DNA of 64,000 nt from Octopus sinensis (taxonomy: Eukaryota), in NCBI RefSeq assembly GCF_006345805.1, contig NC_043003.1:95232001-95296000 (forward strand), written 5' to 3'. Position 1 is the first letter of the stretch; every line of letters starts with the position of its first letter. The translations under genes were made by a program, and so were the position numbers. The notes beneath the pieces were generated by a model. The model was not told the DNA's origin, ran no database searches, and saw only the letters and a list, made by a program, of their open reading frames with translations. This document shows, in pieces, positions 55,605 through 64,000 of this stretch.

Positions 55605-55864
55605 AGGCAAAAGATGAGCCGCAAAGTTTCCAGATTCCAGCGAGTGGTAACATTATTGAATTCAACGTCGAAGAGATGTGCCAGTTTTTCTCCTGCTTCA
55701 ACGTGAGCCAAAATTTGTTAGAAACTCTCCGTAAAAGGAAGGTAAACGGGGAACGCTTTTCAAGAATCACAGATACAGAATTGAGCAATATGAGACTCAA
55801 CAATGCCGTAATTTGCTATTTTAGGAGTAAATGTAAAAAGAATGCGAATAACTTCATGCTATAA
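55605..55864 (+). CDS. Terminal exon encoding a SAM (sterile alpha motif)-like domain
   Basis: tttttag|AG GCA... encodes (E)AKDEPQSFQIPASGNIIEFNVEEMCQFFSCFNVSQNLLETLRKRKVNGERFSRITDTELSNMRLNNAVICYFRSKCKKNANNFML*. Fits the SAM pattern s.EeV..fL...g.....f....IdG..l..lt..eL. Open frame; phase 1 matches the previous exon. Confidence 0.72.
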
Positions 55865-55906
55865 ATTTTAATTTCTCCAAACTGTTGTTCATCTTTTTTA
55901 TTATTG

Positions 55907-55912
55907 AATAAA
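55907..55912 (+). promoter_or_regulatory. Candidate polyadenylation signal AATAAA
   Basis: About 40 nt after the stop codon; the hexamer is common in AT-rich DNA. Confidence 0.4.
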
Positions 55913-55974
55913 AATATCGCTGAAAATATTTCACGTATCCTGTAACATTTTAAATTGAAACTAATATATATATG

Positions 55975-56158
55975 TTGGGTTGGCAACTAAGTCCCCGCCG
56001 TTTTTTAAAATTGAAATTTTTAAAAGGTTTAATAAAAAATAGCAACTAATTAATCAATAATGTATTCACCCTTGTTCTTTACAACTTCTTCCCAACGTTC
56101 AGCAATATTTTCAATTCCTCAATTTAAAAAAACGGCGGGAACTTAGTTGCCAACCCGA
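55975..56158. mobile_element. 184-bp MITE derived from the mariner family at 51974-53237
   Basis: Same TIRs; the interior matches the transposase 3' end (ERWEEVVKNKGEYI) joined to the other terminus. Confidence 0.9.
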
Positions 56159-56159
56159 C

Positions 56160-56201
<42 letters not shown>

Positions 56202-56485
56202 GTGTGTGTGTGCACATATACAAATATGTATATGTATATACATATATATATATGTAAACGTGCATACATACATACATACATACATACATACAATATATTG
56301 GTATACAGAATACATTGTGGTTTTAAAATCCAAAGAATGTACAATGTAGACGAATCTACAGTTATTCATTTGAAAAAGTTAAGCGTGAAGTTGGCAGTCA
56401 ATGTGGAAATATTCTTTTGTTCTTTCAAAAAATAAAAATAAACCTAACACAGATCTCTCTCTCTCTCTCTCTCTCACTCGCTATA

Positions 56486-56855
<370 letters not shown>

Positions 56856-57117
56856 ATTTAAAATAATAAGGGTGAAAAATTGAATATTAGATTAATATCA
56901 ATTTAAAACAGTGGTCTAGCATGTTGAAAATCTGAAGATTCAGAAAAATTATATTACATATATGTAAGAGGGATGGCGATGAAGTGGACATCCATTATGC
57001 TAGAAGTAGACCCCCTATGGTCTTGCCCCTAAGAAAGGATTGTTCTCAAGAAAATTTAGCAAACGCTAGAACGTTTGCTAAATTTTCTTGAGAACAATCC
57101 TTTCTTTTATACATATA

Positions 57118-58797
57118 CTAGCAGAGTTACCCGGCGTTGCCCGAGTTACATACAATTGAAGAATTAGACTTTTCTGTTATATTTTCTGTAATGAACTGAA
57201 ATACCTATGTTTCGAAATTTATCAAAATTGCAGATGAGGGTTATTTCCCTCTTTATACACCCAAACAAAATTGTAATCGTGCCATATGCATCCCATACTA
57301 CTGATTTTTATGCGCATGTTCTAAAATTCCAGTCTTATAGAACCTGTTAAAAGGATTTTGCTCCTGAAAAATGTCAGTCATGGAGCTCTAAAATGTGAGA
57401 GTTAACGCCCCTGTTGGGGGTGGGCATCTTAATGTCAACAAAAGAAGTTGTATTGTTGAGAATCTTTTTAACTTGGGTCTTATATCTATAGTTTGAATTT
57501 CTTTGAAATTGGAAATATATGTTCACTGGGTTTGTAAAAGAGAGCAAAGCTACAGGAAACCAAAAGACGAATGATCACAATAAGCAGTCAGCTACAGTAC
57601 CCTAGTCATTACCACACCCAATGTAGTATTCCTCACCATGCAGGTGACAAGCACAGCCGTAAGATGCATTACGCATCTATAGCAATTGGAAGGGCGTGAC
57701 CCAACTGAAATAAACATTAACAACTGTGTGACGTGAGGGCTAAGGAGAAATGAAAGTGTAACCTCCGGAGTTTGCAAATGACCACTATACTGATACGTAA
57801 CTGGACAGAATAAATTTACACTCTATAAATGTCTTCGAATAACCAGTCATTCATCTGGGAAGGCCTTGAAATCAATGTTACCATCTGGGGACTGTGTGTG
57901 ACCCAGTGATAATAAAAAGACTGAAAGGAGATCTGCAATCAAATAACTTTACTCAACACTTTACAACTTAATCGGTGGAGGCAAAGATGCCTCTCATTTA
58001 CTTCACAATTTGTGCAGCACATTTCAGAAATCACAATCTAAGTGTATGTCAAAGCAAACTCTTACACTGTTGTACCATTGAATTACAAATAATGCTCATC
58101 TTCTATGCTCGGATGACCCCGCAGCTTCCAAGAGTACAACTATTCGTCTTTGCTTAGATAAAATGACAAAATTGTGGGTGTTAAGTCCCCATAAATGGGT
58201 CTTTCAAACTTGTAAGAAGATGAAATTTTATAAATATTACTTAATTTGTATTTAATATCTATGGTTAAAATTTCATCAATAGCAAAAATATATGAATTGT
58301 CATGGGTGTTATGGCCCTTATGCATAGAATATAATTTCCAAATTCTGTAAAGATCCATTCAGTACTTTTGACTGAATCATAAAAGAAATGACTAAAATTT
58401 GGGAGTTAAGGCCCCCATTAGGGTGTCTTAGAATCCTCATGTGAAGTGGAAACTTTGAGAATACTTCTTGATGTGTGTCAATTACCCATGGTTCAAATTT
58501 CATCAGCATCGAAAATTTATGAATTTTCATGGTGGGTTTTGCCACCTTTAAGCCTTCTGAAATTCAAACCAAACATATTGCATTATACCCACCCTTATGC
58601 ATTGAATCTAAGTTTCAAATATCATAAGGATCCATTCAGTAATTTTGGTCCATGAAATTGTATGAAACACACAGCATTACCCTTCTCCCTAGGCTTCGAT
58701 TTTGTGTTCCAAATTTCATTATGATCGGTGCAGCAGTTTTCGAATGTATAAGTAATACACGAACACATAAAGACATTGTATTTGATATAATAAATAC
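57118..58797 (-). mobile_element. Helitron-like element (3' end clear, far boundary approximate)
   Basis: A|CTAGcagagttacccggcgttgcccgag is a minus-strand hairpin plus CTAG|T terminus, like 3252. The far end has an aaatttcat..gatcgg..cag motif similar to the other copies. Confidence 0.55.
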
Positions 58798-58811
58798 GAA
58801 TGTACACATAT

Positions 58812-58853
<42 letters not shown>

Positions 58854-58872
58854 TATATGTGTGTGTGTGTGT

Positions 58873-58930
<58 letters not shown>

Positions 58931-59284
58931 CGTGTGTGTATTATATATATATACACACACAAAGATAAATTGATAGATACAACTGAGTGGGCAAAGAAAA
59001 ATATGAGACCCAGCGTAGTGCTTTTTTATGTTGATAAGCTTGGTACTTATTCTATTAGTTTCTTCTTGTGAGACCAGTAAGTTATGGGGGATGTAAATAA
59101 GCGAACAGTAGTTGTGAAGCAGTGACGAGGGTGAAAGCAGCCACACACATACACTTAAATATACATACATACATACATACATATATATATATTATATATA
59201 TATATATTTATATATATATATATATATAATATTATTGGTGAATTGAAGAAATGGAGCTGAACGAAGATTGAACAGAAATCGTTT

Positions 59285-59377
59285 TATTTCATTCTACACG
59301 TGTTTCGAAAGGCACAATTTACCAAAATCCGATTGAATAATGAGACCATATCGTGTCTTTCTCTTCAGGAAGAAATA
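59285..59377 (-). ncRNA. Type I hammerhead ribozyme (left-arm copy)
   Basis: Reverse complement of 62790-62882. Confidence 0.82.
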
Positions 59378-59980
59378 GGAAATCCGTTGGAAAAAACAAA
59401 AACAGAACAGAGGCGGAGCAAAACAAATCGAACTAAGCTCCTAAGAGCCCATGGCAAAACTGTTTATCAGTGTATGTTGAGAACCGGTGGCTGAAGAATT
59501 TAACAGGTCAGGCAGCGGTCAATCATGTGGGTGAGGGTGTGTAGATGTTCTTTGTGACCGAGAATAAAGTTCTGACTATTTAAGGAATATTGGATGTTTT
59601 ATAAGGGGCGAGAAAAAATCTACTTAGAGACATGTGTGTGTATACTGTTCTATATATGTGTGTGCTGACGTAGGGGTAGAAAGCATTTTTTGTGTACGTG
59701 TGTGCGTTTGATCGCTCGACTGTCAGTGGCTAAGCCACTCTCCACAATGGCTACTGCCGTAAGAACCGTTGGGTGGAAGGAAAAAAAATATATATTATGT
59801 TTTATGTGTGTGTGTGTTCGTCTGAGCCTGCCTTGTCAAGGAAACCCCCCGTTGTCAAAAAACCAAGCCCCGTTTATCTTACAGGAGTAATTCCCCTTGC
59901 AGTGGTTAATCGTGAATATCTTAAAGGCTATTTCAGAATTTGTTACCAAGGGCTATGGGTGCCGGTATTATTTATAAACG

Positions 59981-60869
59981 CTATTTAAAAGCCAGATAAG
60001 TGTAACGCCGCCAATGGGGGCATCGAAAAGCCGACTGTAAAAGTCCGTTTACCATCCGGCCTCTGGCAAACAAAATATGGAAGAGTTCGGAGACACAAAG
60101 GTTGCACTGCCTTCTGCCCCTATCAAATGGGAGGGCCACCGACAAAATTGACCATTCCAGCCTGTAGCTTGAGTTCGTATCCTTCAGTCGCCATATTAGC
60201 TTGCTGAGTCCCGTGGTCTGGCGCTTGTTCATGTCCCGAAAAGTTGCGTAATGGTTGGAGACTCGCAAAGCCAATCTTGACGATGAGGCCCCTACATAAG
60301 TGAAGACATCTGAGTCCGTGTAAACCTTGCATTGGTAGACGGCGTTTTTGATCTTGGAGTTCGCCGACGTGAATCTTATTCTGCTAGGATTAGTTTCTGA
60401 AATTAGAACTGCGTTCCTGTCACTATATTCGTTCCGAGAACTGCAGCCGCTTACTACTCTATTTTCCACTACGTCACTATTAACTATAGGAGTAACCCCT
60501 GATTCTCCACTATCTAACAGAGTGCTGTCATTGCTAGTGCCCGTGGTGCTGCTATTGCGGGAAATGATGCTGGGGATGCTATTGGGGCACTCTACCCTAC
60601 TCCCATTGTTACCGTCAACCACAACACCCCTATTTATAACTATACCCCTAGTGGGTACTCCCTGGCTGGAGCTGAGATTATGTGTCACTGTACTGGCTCT
60701 CATATCATTATTACTACTATAATTATTCCTACTGAGCATTAAACCGGGAGCGGAAGAGGCTGTGCCTCCAGAAAAAGGTGATAGGGTCTTAGTAAGTAGC
60801 CTATTATTGTGGGAGGCGATTATCTGGGCGAGGTTTTTAGTGTTAGAGAAAGCTATCCTAACTTTATGC
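59981..60869 (-). pseudogene. PLE ORF C-terminal fragment with uninterrupted GIY-YIG endonuclease domain
   Basis: AVYQCKV..TYVG..RVSNHYATF..TGLSKLIWRLK..EWSIL..CNLCVSE..MVN..CPH; open to the stop at 59981; 5'-truncated at the inversion junction. Confidence 0.85.
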
Positions 60870-62183
60870 AGAAAGCGGAATTTTATAACGCCGCACTATC
60901 CAAGGCCGGTTATAGGCAGAAGGTAATTTATATTGATCCGGCCCTCCCGATGCCATCATTCGGTCATCAGGATAGGGCCGTCTATAATAACATAAACAAT
61001 GTAAGTAAGGACGGGAGCGCGGCGGATGCCGGGGCAGTCGCTCCCGCATTTAATTTAGTGAACAAGGATAATTATCGGTCCGGGAGATCTCACACTAACC
61101 CAAGACCCGTTATTCATCCGAGAATCACCCACCCGAATGCGAGAGCTGGCGTCCCGACCCATCACGCAGATAGGAATAAGCATATATGGTTTGTAATTCC
61201 CTTTGGTAAGCAGATTAGAACTAACCTCCCCCTCATGTTTAGACAAGCCATCGCCAATAACTTCCCCAGAAATTCCAAATATTACTCCACGGTTAACTCG
61301 CATAAAGTTAGGATAGCTTTCTCCAACACTAAAAACCTCGCCCAGATAATCGCCTCCCACAATAATAGGCTACTTACTAAGACCCTATCACCTTTTTCTG
61401 GAGGCACAGCCTCTTCCGCTCCCGGTTTAATGCTCAGTATGAATAATTATAGTAGTAATAATGATATGAGAGCCAGTACAGTGACACATAATCTCAGCTC
61501 CAGCCAGGGAGTACCCACTAGGGGTATAGTTATAAATAGGGGTGTTGTGGTTGACGGTAACAATGGGAGTAGGGTAGAGAGCCCCAATAGCATCCCCAGT
61601 ATCATTTCCCGCAATAGCAGCACCACGGGCACTAGCAATGACAGCACTCTGTTAGATAGTGGAGAATCAGGGGTTACTCCTATAGTTAATAGTGACGTAG
61701 TGGAAAATAGAGTAGTAAGCGGCTGCAGTTCTCGGAACGAATATAGTGACAGGAACGCAGTTCTAATTTCAGAAACTAATCCTAGCAGAATAAGATTCAC
61801 GTCGGCGAACTCCAAGATCAAAAACGCCGTCTACCAATGCAAGGTTTACACGGACTCAGATGTCTTCACTTATGTAGGGGCCTCATCGTCAAGATTGGCT
61901 TTGCGAGTCTCCACCATTACGCAACTTTTCGGGACATGAACAAGCGCCAGACCACGGGACTCAGCAAGCTAATATGGCGACTGAAGGATACGAACTCAAG
62001 CTACAGGCTGGAATGGTCAATTTTGTCGGTGGCCCTCCCATTTGATAGGGGCAGAAGGCAGTGCAACCTTTGTGTCTCCGAACTCTTCCATATTTTGTTT
62101 GCCAGAGGCCGGATGGTAAACGGACTTTTACAGTCGGCTTTTCGATGCCCCCATTGGCGGCGTTAAACTTATCTGGCTTTTAA
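60870..62183 (+). pseudogene. PLE ORF C-terminal fragment (thumb end, linker, GIY-YIG), disrupted
   Basis: 1-bp deletion near 61912 (tctccaccattac vs tctccaaccattac) and TAC>TAA at 62164-62166 relative to the left arm. Confidence 0.85.
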
Positions 62184-62789
62184 ATAGCGTTTATAAATAA
62201 TACCGGTACCCATAGCCCTTGGTAACAAATTCTGAAATAGCCTTTAAGATATTCACGATTAACCACTGCAAGGGGAATTACTCCTGTAAGATAAACGGGG
62301 CTTGGTTTTTTGACAACGGGGGGTTTCCTTGACAAGGCAGGCTCAGACGAACACACACACACATAAAACATAATATATATTTTTTTCCTTCCACCCAACG
62401 GTTCTTACGGCAGTAGCCATTGTGGAGAGTGGCTTAGCCACTGACAGCCGAGCGATCAAACGCACACACGTACACAAAAAATGCTTTCTACCCCTACGTC
62501 AGCACACACATATATAGAACAGTATACACACACATGTCTCTAAGTAGATTTTTTCTCGCCCCTTATAAAACATCCAATATTCCTTAAATAGTCAGAACTT
62601 TATTCTCGGTCACAAAGAACATCTACACAACCTCACCCACATGATTGACCGCTGCCTGACCTGTTAAATTCTTCAGCCACCGGTTCTCAACATACACTGA
62701 TAAACAGTTTTGCCATGGGCTCTTAGGAGCTTAGTTCGATTTGTTTTGCTCCGCTTCTGTTCTGTTTTTGTTTTTTCCAACGGATTTCC

Positions 62790-62882
62790 TATTTCTTCCT
62801 GAAGAGAAAGACACGATATGGTCTCATTATTCAATCGGATTTTGGTAAATTGTGCCTTTCGAAACACGTGTAGAATGAAATA
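62790..62882 (+). ncRNA. Type I hammerhead ribozyme (right-arm copy)
   Basis: tatttcttc-CTGAAGA-gaaagacacgat..(~30 nt)..attgtgcctttc-GAAA-CacgtG-TA-gaatgaaata; predicted cleavage after GUA 62870-62872. Confidence 0.85.
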
Positions 62883-63088
62883 AAACGATTTCTGTTCAAT
62901 CTTCGTTCAGCTCCATTTCTTCAATTCACCAATAATATTTTAATTTCAATTATCCGCACCAACGCACGGTTGCAACACCATATGGTTGTACCTCCAACCG
63001 TGCTGTTTTCTGCTGTGATTTTTGCTACCAAGGTATCGGTTAAACTTTTGATTAATCTGCTACAAGATTATTCATCTTTCTATTTCAC

Positions 63089-63142
<54 letters not shown>

Positions 63143-63207
63143 TGTATGTATGTATGGATGTATGTATGTATGTATGCATGCATGTATACAAACACTCATA
63201 CTCAACG

Positions 63208-63673
63208 ATAAATTGTGTGGGCAAACAAAAATATGAAATACTGCCTAGTGGTTTTTTTTTATTTTGATAAGCCTGGTACTTATTCTATCAGTTTCTTCTT
63301 GTGAAACCAGTAAGTTATGGGGATGTAAATAAACGAACACCGTTTGTGAGGCAGTGATGAGGGAGAAATACAATGACACACACACACAGACTGACATATA
63401 TACATAAATATATATACGATTGATTTCTTTCAGTTTCTGTCTACAAAATCCACTGACAAGGCTTTCGTTAATCTGAGGCTATAGCAGAAGACACATGCCA
63501 AGTCACCACACAGTGGGACTGAACCCAGGACCATGTGTTTTGGAACGAAGTTTGTTACCACACAGCCACACCTGCACCTATGTATTTGTGTGTGTGTGAG
63601 TGTGCATGTGTGTATGGGTGTATATATGTATGCATGTATATATGTGAATATATGTGTACATATTACATGTACA

Positions 63674-63733
<60 letters not shown>

Positions 63734-63870
63734 TCTACACATATACATGTATACATATACATCTATATGTATAAAAATAAATGTATACATATACAGCTAT
63801 ACACACACACACACAGGTGTAGCTGTGTGGTAACAAACTTTGTTCCAAAATACATGGTCCTGGGTTTAAA
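63208..63870. mobile_element. SINE-C copy (minus strand) plus an inverted SINE-C head
   Basis: Homology to 4608-5020; 63525-63575 is the inverse of 63815-63866. Confidence 0.65.
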
Positions 63871-64000
63871 TTTAAAATAATAAGGGTGAGAAATTGAATA
63901 TTAATTTGATTAATATGAATTGAAAACCAGTGGTGTTGCATATAAGACCATAGCGGATCTTCTTCTAGCAAAATGGATGTCCACTGTTAATGGTTCATCC

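Larger units (their letters stand above)
59228..63090. mobile_element. 5'-truncated Penelope-like retroelement (Naiad-type) with inverted duplication, inserted in (TA)n
   Basis: Arms 59228-60869 and 61300-62939 are inverse copies around a 430-bp spacer. Encodes the RT-thumb end (FYNAALSKAGY), linker (HIWFVIPFGKQIRTNL...NLAQIIASHNNRLL) and GIY-YIG; hammerheads lie in the 3' regions. Confidence 0.9.

Noticed and set aside
57540-58150. Host gene fragment captured in the Helitron
   Set aside because: Higher-complexity sequence, but no recognisable motif or sustained reading frame; it would need a tblastx search.
60809-61939. 376-aa standalone gene
   Set aside because: The first ~20 codons are antisense sequence from the inverted arm and the end is a frameshift; it is a truncated PLE ORF.
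59981-62790. Selenocysteine-encoding Naiad with SECIS
   Set aside because: No in-frame TGA in the visible ORF portion, conserved cysteines are TGC/TGT, and no convincing SECIS was seen by eye.

Overview
Eukaryotic, AT-rich DNA saturated with microsatellites and transposon relics. The tRNA-derived SINE families and dense (TA)n/(TATC)n/(TACA)n arrays suggest an Octopus-like coleoid cephalopod; this is inferred, not database-checked. Almost all ORFs in the supplied track are simple-repeat artefacts. One host gene can be assembled on the + strand from three phase-compatible exons (about 36900-37178, 48099-48175, 55605-55864). It encodes a Tyr-x-Asn-bearing region and a C-terminal SAM-like domain, and its 5' part looks disrupted. 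A degenerate Ig V-set-like exon near 21 kb may belong to it. The other main structure is a young Penelope-like element (Naiad-type GIY-YIG) at 59228-63090, arranged as a ~1.64-kb near-perfect inverted repeat with a hammerhead ribozyme in each arm. Further minimal or degenerate hammerheads sit in (TA)n tracts. The rest is four SINE families, LINE fragments (CR1-group, RTE, R4/Dong, Tx1-like), mariners and MITEs, non-autonomous Helitrons and a Gypsy gag-protease fragment. All coordinates and alignments were read by eye.
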